Source of the DNA: Klebsormidium nitens
Lineage: Eukaryota; Plantae; Klebsormidiophyceae
DNA: 64,000 bases
Direction of reading: 5' to 3'
Assembly: GCA_000708835.1 (NCBI GenBank)
Contig: DF237181.1
Location: forward strand, 62,001-126,000
In this document: positions 35,630 to 49,573 of the stretch, piece after piece
Position numbering within the stretch: position 1 is the stretch's first letter
Layout of the letters: every line of letters starts with the position of its first letter
Notes under the pieces: generated by a model
What the model was told of the DNA's origin: nothing
What the model saw: only the letters and a program-made list of their open reading frames with translations
Databases searched by the model: none
Program-made: the position numbers and the translations under genes

Positions 35630-38600
35630 TTAGTCCGTGGCCCGTTTCGAAGGAACAGGCCGGCCTCCCTTAGGCTGGTTAAAGTGTTGCAACAGAAACA
35701 CGACTGCAATCGCCACGATCAGGCACCCCACTAGCGTGCTAAACATCAACGCCCCGGGCTGCCGCACCTGCGCAAACCCGTAATACCCCTCGAAGCTCGT
35801 CAGTATCAAATCATTCAGCCCGTCGTTATTGAAGTCCGCCACCAACAGCGGCGCGATTGGCTTCGCTGGCAGCGAAAACTCCACCAGCCGGCTCCCGGTG
35901 GGGGAGATGAGCACCGCGTCCTTGTCCCCGGCCGCGAGGATGAGCTCGGGGGATCCCCCCGACCGCAGGGGCATGGCGAGGAGCGTGGGGACGGAGCGGT
36001 CGGCCTGCACGCCCGCTGGCGTGAACGGGTTGGACCAGCTGGCGGGGGACGCGACCTGCCACCGCCGCTGGCCGTGCCGGTGGTGCAGCGCCTCGGGGTT
36101 GTACGCCGTCACCTAGGAGATTGAGCAGAACGGTAAGAGAAGCGGGAACGCTTACGAAAGATATACGTAGCACAGGCTGGCAACAGGGAGGCTTACGAGA
36201 GCTAGGACGGTTTAAGAACCACTTGCAATCTCAAAATGCATGAGACGATGCAACCCGGAGGAGCGGGCAGAGAATTTGCTACGAAGCAAGCAGATACGAG
36301 GGCATTCGCAAGTGGTATGCTGAAAGGTACTCATCTGCGGAGACAAAAGCGCTCGATGATGCTTGTTGCGGTTAATCAACGTCTGTGCGGATGGTAACAA
36401 GGGGAGGCTAGATCCCGCAAAGCACTGATTCAATTGTCACAAGGACTGTGAGTAAAAAGGTTCCTTTCGTTGATTAAAAAAGCAGAACAGCTTTTTGAAA
36501 TGAAGCCGCGGTACAATGACCACACGTACCTCCCCTCGGCTGTTGAGGAAGATGGCCTCGCCGCGGCTGTTGCGCCGGTGGCGGTGACCGTCGGGAATCG
36601 GCATGAGCACAGGGGTTGCCACCTGGCACCATCAGCAGGGGGCATGTGACGTCAGCGGAACAAAGCAGATCTCGAAGTACAACAAAGGCTCGAAAGATGC
36701 AGGCAGCGAAGCAAGCGGGCGAGGGGGAAATGCCCCAGAAGCACAAGACTGTGCATGTGAAAAAGAGGCTGACATTCCGCAACGAGAGAAACGTCATGGT
36801 ACGGAAATGGAAGAGCATATGCCATTGGCCGCGAAGCTTTCCGCACCATGCTTCCGCGGTTTACATGCCCACGCCTACCGTCGCTTCATCATGCTGACTT
36901 CTAAGATGTACCGAGCCGAACGACACACCGAGGGGTCAACATGCTGACGATCTTGATAGCATTTGAGAGTTGTACCATAAGGAACGCGCCGCCTTACCTC
37001 GAGGGAGGCGAAGTCGTCGTGCGGCGCCCGGCCAAAGTGGCGACTCGCGAAGTTGGTCTCACTGAACATGGACGCGGGCCGGCAGATGGTGCCGTTGAAC
37101 AGCTGCTCGCGCACGGGGACGCCCTGCGAGCCGCCATGGCCAAACGCCGATGAGATAAAGAACCTTTCCGACAATAGAGAGGTCCGGACACACTAAGTAC
37201 CTGCTTCAGCGATAGGAACGAGGACCTTGCGTGCGAAGTATAAAGACTTCCACAAGCAGACGGCTTTCACAACAGCGTAAACAGATCATGTATGCTGCCA
37301 CACAGCGTCTCAGGCTGGACACTTTGGAGTATTGACTCGGTTTGCGGGCTGATTAAGACATGACAAGAGCAATTCTCACAGTATGGAATATGGAAAAGTC
37401 AGCGCTTCAATCAGAGTAGTACATCAATCTCTGTGGACTGTGACTAAACACGTGTGGGTTTCCAAGCATACAAGTTCGGCACATCCGTTTCCAGTCCCCT
37501 CTCACCGAGGTTGCTACAGCCCAGCACGGCTTGAGGGGCTCGTTCATCCCGGGGACCACGACGGTCTCCTGGCCGTGCCCGCCCGACGCCTGCACGTGGT
37601 CCAGGACCCCGTCACCATTGACGTCAGCATGCAGCTGGTGCGGCGGCAGCAGCAGCTTGCAGATGGTGCGCCCGCTGTACAGGTGGATCGCCTCGATGCC
37701 CTCCTTCAAATGGGCCACCAGCGCGTTGGTCACGCCCGCGTGGCTGCTGTTGGCCTGTGGAGGGGGGGTAGACAGGCGTGAGAAAGTGGCCCCCGAGAAG
37801 GGGGGAAGCAGTCTCTGGAAAGCAGTATGTGTAGACTGTCATAGGCACCAGGGCGATTTCACACCCGCATGGCTGCTCTTTGGCCGGGAAGGGGCAGGTC
37901 CGGAAGGGGTGAGAAAAGTGGCCTCCGAGAAGGGGGGCAGGATAACCACAGAGGCGGAAAGAGTAAAGACAAGAGGGTAAAGATACTGTCCAAGTCTGAC
38001 TCTTGTTGGCCTGGAAACGGAAGAACGTCCTTGAGTACTGTTCGCTTCAGGAGTCCGTGAAAGCTGGAACTAGGGACTGTGACAAGGGGCGCCCTCAATG
38101 CCTTATTTCGGCGGGGCTGCTGTTGACCTGAGCAGGGGGTTCAAAGAACGTGGAACAGCTACCCCCAAGATACGAAAAGGAGAAGTGTTAGGAGACAAAA
38201 GTTACTGTGTGAAAAGGAGCAGAGGCGGCAAGGTGCACTACGAGGGCGTTGGCCATCACGCAGAAGTGCCAGCGGTCGGCCTTGTGCAGGGGGGGGGCTC
38301 AGATCGTCAAGGCAGCAATTGTTTCGGGACAGTCCGTTTCAAGTTCTTCTTCAATACTTCCTACCGGGAAGAATATGCGACGCTTGAAGAGAGGGTACCT
38401 TTCGCTTTCTCATATCTGACCCGAATCACCACCTCGAACCCGTTGCTTCCTGTGCTTTTTTCGCTGTTTTCATCTTCTCACGGTAGCCCAGTTGAGCTTG
38501 CTCACCTTGGCTGCCCGCGGCTTGGTGGCCAGCTCCGCGGCTTTCCCCAGCGCGCGCGTTACCGGGTTGCTGTGATCCTTGCCGTGAGCTCCTTTGTGGG

Positions 38601-41564
38601 ACGAGTGAGGGCCGGGGGTTGCCTTGCCGCCCGGCGGGGTTCGCCGCCGGTGCTTCTCAAAGTGGGCCAGCTCAAAGTGCGTGTCACTGCGCCGGTCCTG
38701 CAGATTGTTGACGTCGTACGTGAGGACCATGGTGTATGTTTCTGACAGGATATGAAGGATTAACGCTTCCTGTCTACTCAAGAATGGAAGCTCGTACAAG
38801 ATGCAGAGCGCTCCCAGCAATCGTCGAAAGTTGAGCTTGCTGAAGACAGGGAAGACAATTGACAGGTTGGTGTCCCCTGCCTGTGGCCTGACAGACAAGC
38901 CTCGGAGGACCACCTCGTAAACCGACCACACCTCTTTTGCTCGCTCCTTGAGCGATGAAATAAGCCTGAAAACTAACTCGGGACAACTTGGTCATTATCC
39001 TTGTCTCGGATCCTCGTCCTTTGATCGTGATCGGCAGGGCCTTCCTTGGACATGCCCGAAGGCGACCAGCTTTGCTTTGATTGCTCTATCTACTATTGTC
39101 CACTTGGCAAGATGCATTCTCGAGCCTTCACTTCCGCAAATATAACTGGACATTCAGAAACAACAACTTTCTTGGGTAAGGAAATGATCAGAGGGCAGGT
39201 GTATGAAAAAGCGAATCTAATTAGGCAGAGAAACGGACAACAAAAATAATCGACACTGCTCACCCATCGGTGCGGCATCACGTCCAGCACCGCCTCCCGG
39301 AACTCGCGGCACTCGGCCTCCCCAAAGTGGCGCGCCCCCAGCGCACTCGCGTCTAGTTTGTAGTTGTGCTGCGGCAGCAATTGCTCGCTCAGCGCGCTGC
39401 CGTCGCGCCGGAAGTCCTTGCTGTCGTGCTTCCACCGCAGCGCGCCGTCGCCGCCCGAGTACGCGTAGTACGAGAAGTGGCGCTCCTTGGTGCCAGCCGC
39501 ACCGCCAGTGACGTCCTCCAAGTTCTGTGGAGAGATGCGGCGGCGTTTTCGATTCTCCATTCAAGCTCAAGAGTCTTAGTCTCATGATTTCAACACTCTA
39601 TGCAGCTTTGGTAATGGTGCATGTTGAACTTTTCAATGTCAAGGACGATGCACTAGTAGTTCAAAGCAGGACAGATGACAAAATCATGGGGCACAGGTCG
39701 TACTGAGCGTTCTCTTCGTACTTGCTGCTTGGCAATTCGATCAAACGAAACGGCAACTGTTTGTAAAAAGACAGCGTGAGTTTTTGAGACACCAAGAGTG
39801 GTGTCTCGAAGAGATGCATGCCTTCGCTAAACCAGGAACGACAGGAATGCCACGGATGCACTACCTGTGCATCAAGCCTTCTAAAAAGTTGCTCGAAGTC
39901 GACTTGAACAGGTGTGCGATCTGGCCAGTCTCTTGCGTCGCAAACTAGCGTCTACATAAGTACTGAGTACTGTCTTCGTACATAGACAGTTTATGCACCG
40001 CCTTCTCGTCAGCTCGAGGACGTACCGCTTTCTTGTCAGCTGATCTCCTCAGCTTGGCGGCCGCCTCCTCTGCTGACAGCTCCGCCGCCAGGGGGTCCGC
40101 CAGCTGTGGGGCAACCTCCATGCTGCCCCCCACAATGACGGAACCCCGGTCCCCCGAGCGCAGGGTGTGGTTGCCAATGTGAATGGCCACCTCGCGGTGG
40201 TGCGCACCATGGGGGAAATCCTCCTGAAGACCAGGTGCTCTTGAATTGTGTTTGTTCTCGTTTTTCAAGTGCTGGGGTGGATTATGGAAAGGGGGGAATC
40301 CAGACTGTCAATGAAGTTTCTGGAAGATCCCCTCGGGTTGAAAGTATCACGAACGAACAATGTTTCCGAGAGCTATGTATGAAAGCATACGCAATTATTA
40401 CGGGTTCTAAAGACGGGTTCGATTGAAGCACTCTAAGTCCTGGCATAGTCCAGTCAGTCAGGCGTGTGGTGTCCGCAGAACGTTCCCCTCCAGAACGACT
40501 CCGCGCCTGGATTCCGCTCTTCTCTGAGCACTCCCTACCGCATCCAATTTCCCCGACAGCTCACCTGGACGTTGTTTTCCCACAGCAGCTTGAGGTTGTG
40601 GTCAAAGCACAGGATCGACCACCCCGCGGTGACCACCACTATGACCTGCTTTCTGGCGCCCTCCCGGGGACTGTTTCTGGGGCCGTCTAGGCTGCCTGCG
40701 GCCAGAGCCACTGGAGTGCGCCCTGTTGCTACACGGACTCTGGACGGAAGGAGGGAGGTCTGTGCTCGAACGACCGTCTGCTTGAAGAGGCCGGCCTTGC
40801 TCCTGCGCCCGGGGTCCAATACCTGTGGCAAAATTAAATAGATCTGAAGCTGACGGTAGAGCTTCTTTGAGAGAAGGTGGCGCTGCGATGAAGGAGACCC
40901 TGCAACGACCTGATGAGGGGCCGTGAAAGAACTCGCAGGATCCATAAGAACCATCAGGATTCGATTTACTTTCCTGATTGATCCAGCTTTCCAAATTATC
41001 AGCTTGCTGGTCGATGCCACAAACTCACTCAAAAGCTCAGGGCAGAAGCGCAGATGGCAGACAGCCTATGGGAACTCCGAGCAAACGCTGTGTTTATTCA
41101 GCAACGCGCAGTGCTCACCATAAGCTTTGAATCATGGGTCACAATGACCACCTCGCTGCGCCCATCGCCGTTGAGGTCTGCCACCACTGGCGGCGGGAGC
41201 GGGTCACCCTCGAGAGCAAGCATGCCCGCGGGCTGGCTGTCATGTGACCACTCCTCTTGAAACGAGAATTGGCCTTCATTCTGCGGCAAATGGGGATTGA
41301 GTTGACTGCTTGTTTCTGATGCTGTGAGAAAAGGTGGTCAGCATTCAGAGCTTTTATTGCAGCCGAGTCCAGCAAGCAGTGACTTCTACAATCGAACAGT
41401 TGAGGGCCTTCTGAAGAGACTCAGACACAATCGCGATTGCATAGTACAACAATTCATTGAAAGTGGAACCGCCAGCTAAACTTCGAGCAAGGGGCGCATA
41501 CCTGAAGGCAGACGAGAATTGCAAAAGCAGCCAGTAGGAGGATGCCAAGGTCGCGCTTCCTCAT
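35630..41564 (-). CDS. NERD1: FG-GAP repeat membrane protein (NERD1/At3g51050-like), 694 aa
   Basis: Exons 41564-41502, 41280-41119, 40822-40565, 40223-40026, 39524-39264, 38697-38506, 37754-37506, 37123-36998, 36622-36530, 36112-35630 (2085 nt). N-terminus MRKRDLGILLLAAFAILVCLQ; FG-GAP-like motifs PVVADLNGDGRSEVV, HADVNGDGVLDHV, ADFNNDGLNDLI; C-terminal TM segment QPGALMFSTLVGCLIVAIAVVFL. Confidence 0.93.
37731..38297 (-). repeat. Three degenerate upstream copies of the acceptor plus 5' start of NERD1-like exon 7
   Basis: Real site on the - strand: cccccctccacag|GCCAACAGCAGCCACGCGGGCGTG. Copies at about 37860-37939 (also duplicates ~50 nt of intron), 38111-38140 (ccccctgctcag|gtcaacagcagccccgcc) and 38230-38297 (ccccccctgcacaag|gccgaccgctggcac..gccaacgccctcgtagtgcacctt). 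Confidence 0.65.
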
Positions 41565-42538
41565 TGTTAATGCAGTCAGTTGGACTACTTAGATCTTCTC
41601 CTCCCCCAATACTTCGCCACCTTGTTGAGAGCATCACCAGCAGGCCAGTCGTCCCATCACGGTTGATGAGCTTGCATTCAAGGTTGCTGGCAGTGGCGGC
41701 TGGGCAGAGAGAGAGAAGATGCATAATACGGTACATGTTTCAAAGCATAGCTGACTTCGTGCCCTGGCCCTGGGCCTGGTGTGCTGGCTAGGCTGGGGGG
41801 CAGGTTCAGACTGCTGCAAAAGAAAAGCGGCCGATTTGACACTAAATACCAAGTCACTCTGCCGCCGGCTCTAGGCGCCAGGGCCGGGTCAGCCTCAGGA
41901 CAGAGCCAGCCCTTAGACTGAGAATTTGAATCTTAAACCGTCCAAAGAAGGTACAATTAGTGTCAAGTTTTCTAAGAAATTGCGCCTAGAAATATAATGT
42001 AGGTACCGTAGCTCTTGTTTCACCTGAGCTCCTGATGTCAGTGAGAGAAATGCAGCGCCACAATTGCTCCACTAGATAATTATAATTTATATAGTGATCC
42101 GCATTCAATTTCAACTTCAGGGGAGCTGGGTCCGCATGCTGGCACAAGCAATGGGCGTTTGACGTGAGCTGGTTGGTCCCGGGGTTGTGCATCATGGACG
42201 ATTTTGCAGGAAGGGGCCACCCTGGGTTGCTGAAGGACGATTCTGTGGCACATTCAGATGAGAGAAGGCGAGAATGCAGCCTATGACTTCTTTGCTTCGA
42301 CGGACTGTTGGACAGTGCATTGCTCCGGTTGCATTTGGCTTTGCATCATCCCTTTTGTTGCAGGAAACCAAGCAATGAAAGGATGCCAGTTTCAGAATTA
42401 GGGTTTGGGGGCAATGAGATATGCGTGATGGGGGCGATAAGTTTGCAGCCAATAACCACTTTTCTAACTATTCTAACAGATCTCTCCTTGATTTGCAGTG
42501 AGGCATGGGATAGTCACTGGCCCCCAGAGAAGAGTCCC

Positions 42539-45500
42539 ATGGCTTCCCCTCTCAATGACCTGGCGGCCCGGGTTAGAGGGGCGCTCAGTGAGGATGAGGA
42601 GGATGCAGACACCGTGTACACCGATGAACTGCTCAAGCTGAGGAGTGCAGTCAATGAGAAGGTGAGAGATTGACCGCAGCAACTATCAGCATGCCCTTGT
42701 CGCTGTCATGCTGGACAGGGGCATAAGCTGGCATTCAAACCATCTGGTGTCGCCCTCACGTGGTATATTTCCAGCAGACCTAAGGGCATGGCTAGTGGTG
42801 CGTTGTGCCCCACCTCTACAAGGTTTGGCAGTTTAAATTTTACTCTCAAACTTGCAGGGTACGCTTAGCAGAAGGCTAGCAAATCTATGCGTGCCTCACC
42901 TTCCTCCCCTAGCTAACGATGAAGGAAACTATCAGTCTGTGTCCACTTCTTTGTACATACTCAAGGGGCAGCCCGCTCTCTTCCTGGGTACAAAAACCTG
43001 AGCAAGCCTACAAAATTCTGGCACTCCAGGAGTTGGAGCTGGTCGAGCTGCGTGAGAGCCACATGCATCTCCTGGAGCGGAGTGCGGAGGCCCGCACCAA
43101 CTGGGAGGAAGCAGTGGCCTCAAAGGACAGAGCAATCGACCAGCTGCAAGAGGCGCTGCGAGCAAAGGAGAAGGCGCTGGAGAGAATGGATGGCAACTTG
43201 AGGGAGGCTAAGAAGCAGCTGCAGGATGCCCAAGGACTGCAGGTAGGTTGGACGGACCAAAGCACCGTGTGGGGCAACTCCCTGATTGCTGAGCTATCCT
43301 CATCTTTTGCCTCCATCTTTCTGCCAATGCTCTTCTGAGTTGGTCAGAACGGTGGAGATAGCACAGTGCCTGAGCACAGCTCTATATGTTCCCCCAACGA
43401 GGCTACGCTTGGAAGTAGAACGCGATGAGTTAAAGAACAGACTTTGCTGAGATTGGCAGTGGAAGATAATGTCCACTTAAGTCAAACTGACTAGATTATC
43501 TTCATCTGTTGCTTTATCTGCATTTGTTTCATGGTGTGACGTTCAAGTCTCTTGTGTGTTCTCACACAGGCGCACAAGATCTCAGAGCTCGAAGGCATGG
43601 TGGACGACTTGAAAGAGGAGAATGATGCACATCAGAAGCAGCGACAGAAGGTGAGGTGCTCGCTCCATAATCCATAGAAACTCTCGATTCAGGGGATACA
43701 CAGTTTTCCGGTCGAAGTCAACATAATGTGAGACAGGACTCTGACCTGCTCAATACCGTCACTGTCTTTTATTAGTCATCTATCGTTTGATCAGCAAGAT
43801 CATGGAACTTGGTCGGGAAGTGTCTGGCAAATCCAACAAACATAAGGTTGTTGCATTAGTGATCCCTTTCTGTATTGTCCGATCCGGCCCGCTCCTCTGA
43901 GCTATGAGAGTGAGGGGCATCTTTTCGTCTTGAACACTTGGCCCCCAACTCAAGAATGGCGTTGTATGTGTACAGGACGTCTCTGAAATCAAGGCGCTGC
44001 GCTCCCAGCACCAAACGAACCGAGAAGATCTTGCAGTCGCAAGCGAGCAGCAGCAGGGGATTGAGCATGCCCTCACGAGGTAAGACGAAAGCCGATCGGC
44101 CTTGTCTGTGCGTGTTCCTGTGGAGTTGCGACTGCTGCACTGCAATCACAACCCGGGGCTAGCACCAGTTACAACCTCTCTCTTCTTGTTTAGAAGGAAC
44201 TGGCTGGCTTTTCCAAAAGACGCCACTACATGCTACTGTCTGACTTTACCTTCTTGATGTCTGCCGTATTGAATCTCCGAAGCTTCAAAACTTGTTGATT
44301 ACCTCGACGGGTATGTCTTTTGGAACCTTATGAGAAGTTGCAGCAGAGTGGCTCAAGTGTCTGACGTTCCGAGATCACGTCTTGCGCAGGCAGCAGAAGC
44401 AGCTCGAGGCGCTGGATAAGGAAAACCGCCAGCTCCGGAGCAGCCTGGAGGCGGCGGAGCGGATGACGGAGAAGCTGAGGAAGGACCTCATGGGGCAGCA
44501 GGACGTCACGCTGCAGGCCAGCCAAGCCAAGGTGAGCCAACCAACTGGTGCACCTTCAAGGCGCACCTCTTGCTGGATAGCTGGTTGTCGAGTAGGCTCG
44601 TCCATGGATCCGACCTTACTTTCTCTAAGACCAACTTTGAACAAGGCCGACCATCGGTCCACTGAGATTGCTACACAGAATGAATGAGATCTCTGTGGAT
44701 GGGCTTTGCTTCCTGGAAGCCGATGCCCTGTACTCGGAGGCTCGACGGCTATTGACAGGCGTGCCCCAATGATTGCTCTGCACATCTCGGCCCGTCATTT
44801 CCTAAGCCTCGGGAATTGAAACGACCTTATTTTGGCAGAAGCAAACGTTCTTTTTCCTATTGCAAACGCTTCTTACAGGAACTAATGGCGAGAGAGATCC
44901 AAAGCCGTGTTGAGGAGTTGCAGTCTCAGATGGTGGAGCTTCAGGTAGGACCTGATCTGTATTGCCTTGAGCTTCTGGCTACTGTCTGTATCCGACCATG
45001 TTCACGTCTCTGGCAGAACAACGCTGCATCCCAAAAAAGCATCATCTTTTTGTGATTTTGCGGCCGATTTGCGCATGCCGGTGATTCCCTGCCGGCATGG
45101 CTCGGATGACGTTCTCGCATTGTCGCGTAGTCAAATCGAAGCCATTTGATTCGATTCGACGCACGGATAACTCTGCAGAACTATTCACTGAAAAGCATCC
45201 GAGTCGAACGCCGTCGGTGTCAAAACTCTTAAGTCGCCAGCAATACAGGCATTTGACATGTGGAGCACTCTTTAACCTCGTCTAACGTGTCCATCGTACG
45301 TCCTGTGCGTTTCTTTCCGCCGCTTCTAGGCCTTCCTGTCCCTCGTGCTTCGTCCTCAACTAGTTGTGCCTTTGTCACGGACAGGTGGTTTGGTCGCCTG
45401 GGACGGCTAGCACCGCGCTGTCTTGCTGACTCGTTTCGGACGTCCTGTAGCAAGGGGTGGCGTCCAAGGAGGCGTCCGTGCAGCGGCACCGCGAGAAGAA

Positions 45501-48461
45501 CAAGCGGCTGCAGGCCGAGCTGAAGCTGAAGCTGGCTGCACTGGAGCAGGCGGGCGCAGACAAGCAGCAGCTGCAAGCGGAGGTCGGCAGGTGAGGCCAG
45601 GGGGATTTCCCGACAGTCGGTGCCCTTTCAGGCATGGGCGTTCGTGTCAGTCGACGGTTCGGAATACAGGATTCTCGATCGGCAAGCTGTTGTATGGGGT
45701 TGAGAACCGTGAACACTGACGTTCCGGATCTCGAGCAAGTCTTTCCGCTCTGATGGCCATTTTCAGCAGATCTTTTGTTTTTGCAGCTTGCGAAACAGAT
45801 GGGGCTCTTTAATCCCAGCGGTCAAGAAGCACTGAGTATTGCTGTGTCGATCTCGATATGACACGCTCTAGTCACTCTGGTCCGCTTACTCTCGCTTCCC
45901 GCAGGCTGCGCACCGTTAACACGGAGCTTGACCAGCACTGCAATAAGCTGAAGCGGGCGGCCGTGTCGTTGGAAGAGAAGCTAGCCGCAGTGCGGGAGGA
46001 GCTCAGCGCTGCGAAAAGGTCAGCAGCGGGCAGGTCACCCCTGCAATCACAACAACGGGCTTTTGAGACAAGTAGAAGAGAATTCTGCTGTGATGCTGGC
46101 TCCGGATTTTCATCCTGATCTTGGCTGCTCTCGTTCATCGACTATCCTTGTGCGACGCCGGTTTCGCCGCAAGTAGGTTATGCTCCGAGTGAGAGAGCCA
46201 TCGTCTTTCCTTCTTACGTCGTCGAGCACTACTCAGCCGTCGGCGACCTGTTTTGAAGCACTGCTGTTCTATAAAAAGTCCTCCAGAGCTCGAGCCAGCT
46301 GGTTTCGTATTGTCAAAGCCAAGACTTAGATATTGGGCGTCCGAGGGTCTCATTCGCAAAGGAACGACTATCGGTCCTTCTTCGTTGCGCAATCAGACTC
46401 AATGAAGTAAGCCAATCTTTTTTTGTTCCCATTCCTGAGGACACCTTTGCAACCGTTGAACCGCTTTAGACACCCAGGGGCTCCTAGCCCGCTCGCAACC
46501 TGAAGCCGACCGTTTATCGGATGTCCGCAAAGGCCTATTCTTGCACTCACACTGATTGTTCGTCGCTTTCTCAGGTGGGCCACCGACTCCGACCTGACCG
46601 ACATGGTGGACGGCCTGCGGGCGGAGCTGCGACAGAGCCGCCAGGAAGCGGAAGGTACGCGCGGCGCAGCAGTCCCACTCTTGGAGTATTTGGGAACTCC
46701 GCCTCTGATATGACGTCAGCACGAGGTGCCTGAATGGCGGAAGTTCAAACTTTCTCGTCGAAATGGCGGCCGCGTACGTAGCTGGGTCAGCAGAGGGAAG
46801 TCTTCGAGCGGCCTTGTGTGGCATAGTTTCAGTGCGCTCGATTTGGTTGCAAGGGTTGGAGCAGCGTGCCTATTGAGACTATGGCATCTGCAGAGTGATA
46901 GTACCTCAACCGCCGACCAGTTTTGACCGAGTGGCTCCGGCAGGTCTTAGGCACTATCTTTTCGAAGGGGTAATCGAGAGATCTGCGCACTTTATAGCAA
47001 GCAAAATTTGTAAACAAGGTAAATTTCTTGTCAGGCAAATGCTCAAAGCCACAAGGTTCGATGACGTGATGTTGTGGACCTATTAACCAGATTGCCCCTC
47101 GCATCCTGTGCTAGTCTGTCCTTGACCGCGCAGAGCTCTTGCGAAAGTCAAGCGAAAAGTCTCTGTCTCCGAACCACAGACCTGGCGGCCGAGCTTGCAA
47201 AGCAGAAAGGGGCGCACGCGTCCGACGTCCGGCGGAAGCTGCACTCGCTAGAAAAGAAGCACCGACTCCAGATGCAAGAAGCCAAGGTGCGGCCTCAAAC
47301 TCGCCTTATGCCAAACCTAAGTCGGTCTGCTCCGGGGCGTTAAGTCGTATTTGAGAAGCATAGAAAGCCGGAACATTCTAGAAGAGACCTGATGCAAGTG
47401 TCCATCTTTTGCTGCCTCGCTGCTTGTCGATGAGCAATCAGGCTCACCCTCAGCTTCTTTGATCCTTGAAACTGAAACATTCCAGCACTTCTGCAAGTAC
47501 CCTTCTCCTCGCGAAGTGCGCGAAAGTGCCCGACAAGCTCTAGTTCGTTGCTTGCAGTTGAAACTCGAAACGCGGATAGCGGAGCTGGAGGCGGCCCTTC
47601 ACCGGGAGCGAATGCTAGCGAGCGTCGCCCGGATGGACACGTCAGTCCAGGAGGGCCGCCACCGGGCCAGCTCCGAAGGTGAGCACCGGCCCGTTTGCAG
47701 CATTGCAAATCTGTTCTGATGATGTTTGAAATCGTGTCAATCCAGCAGTTTCTTAAAGCTCGGGGGTCTGTTACTGCTCCGACCCGAAACGTAGACAGCG
47801 TGCTCTTTTGTTGCTCGAGAATTCTTCAGGTGTTGCTTTTCAATTGACTTGGCGGTAGGAGATCACGTGACGTGTTGTTCGCGAAGTTCGTCGACAACAT
47901 CGGCCTACCCGGATGTTGAATGTGGGCATTGTCGACTGTGACTTTATTAATTCTTCGTACATTCGGTTCAATTCCAGAAAACAGGTTGTCAGTCTTCCCC
48001 AACGGTGACTGTATCTCAGCGTGGCCGTCGTGTGCAGATCTCGACCGACAAAGGGAAGAAACATGGCGGCGCATGGAAGAGGACCTGCGAGCACAGCTGC
48101 GAGAACGGGACAAACAGCTGGCGGAGGCCGAGCGCTTCCAGGCTGAGGTGAGAAGAGATCAAGATTACAAAAGCTGGTAGGGCTTCTCTGCTCCTCTTAC
48201 ATGCTTGGTTCAACGCTTGCATTGAACCCAGCTTCGATGGCTCTAACGTGTCACAAGGGGCAGCTTGTTAAGCTCGACGAAGCCCTCTCGTACTTTCCAA
48301 CCCTCTTTAGCCGTTTCTGAGTTGTACGAGGTACTGAAACTTGATTCAAAACTGAATTCGGGTGTCTCTAAACGGAACGGGTTGCGTTTGGTGCGCTGCA
48401 GCTGGAGAAAGTGGTTCGACGATTAGCGGCGAGGACCCTGGGCAAGGACGTGGCAGCTTGA
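42539..48461 (+). CDS. Uncharacterised long coiled-coil protein, 486 aa
   Basis: Exons 42539-42661, 43030-43242, 43570-43650, 43976-44079, 44390-44531, 44879-44944, 45451-45590, 45905-46018, 46575-46654, 47180-47286, 47558-47678, 48038-48147, 48402-48461 (1461 nt, all GT-AG and phase-consistent). Heptad-rich in E/L/Q/K/R/A; no domain recognised. The true start could lie further upstream. Confidence 0.8.
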
Positions 48462-49573
48462 CATGCCGCGCTGTTGGGAGATTGCTCTGCAGAGCGCGGT
48501 GCTCCGGCAAGCAGGCGGTCAGGTGCGAATTCCAATTTTGGGCCTCGACGATGTCATGCCGCTCTTTTTTCGATAAGACCTTCCCGCAGCAACCATTGCC
48601 AACCTGATGGTCTCACGACCACGTGCTATCTCGAGAAATTGACTGGCTCTTACACCAACCTGCTCACACAGCCTCGCGGATTGTTTGTGTTCCACAGGGT
48701 CTCAAGGCACAAGGCGGATCGCGGCTGAAATTACCTTCTGAGAATTCAAGGCGAAGCAGATCAGCGCTTTCAAAACGCCCATTAAGAGGAGCACCAACGC
48801 ATTGTTATTCTCAGTGGGAGGCCGGTTGCAAATGATTCTGATGTTGAGCAACATATCGCGCTTCTTGAAATGTGCTGCATGTGCAATTGTCGAATGGCTA
48901 TAGTACAGTTGAGCGGTTGATCTAATGAACTCACGAGAAATTTTGAAACTGACTCCGTTAGTATGTGAACTTTTAATCTGGCGCGCTTCCGCCACGATAT
49001 TCAGTTATTATATATGTTGGTATCTTGTAGACCCTGTCTTTGCAAAGACTCAAGACCTCAGCTCTCAAGTCCTTGCAATGATGGTTGCATGCAACCGGGC
49101 CTAATTATAAAGCAGTCATTTAATACAGGGCGCGGCCGTCAGGCTGGGCGCGCAGCGGCCTAGGACTAATTTGCCCGCATGGGTAGGGCCGCAGTTGTAT
49201 AGTATACATGATTGATGGAGCGCCGGGTGGCAGACTAAAGCCGGAATTGCATGTCAGCGACCTAGGACACCGGTTTGCCATGCCATGAGCAGATTGCCTG
49301 CAGCTACCTGTTCTACGTATAATTATGTCAGGGGAATTCAAAGTCTCAACAGCCATGAACCATGAAGAGAGAAGAGTACGGTCAACATTACAGCTGCACC
49401 TGTGATCACTTAGCGCTCTCTTCGGGATCTAACTTGGATGACTAGCTTCTTTCATACCTAGTCGTTGAGGGCCCTTCCATCCAAATGACATACTCTCATG
49501 ATTCTAGGTGGCCGGACACGACTGCTTAATGAAAAATAATGTGAATCAGATCCTACAATGCATAAATTGGACC

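Noticed and set aside
42398-42406. Telo-box-like TAGGGTTT/AAACCCTA motifs (also at about 2614 and 22331)
   Set aside because: Single short words; one lies inside a transposon, so they cannot be distinguished from chance and are not telomeric arrays.
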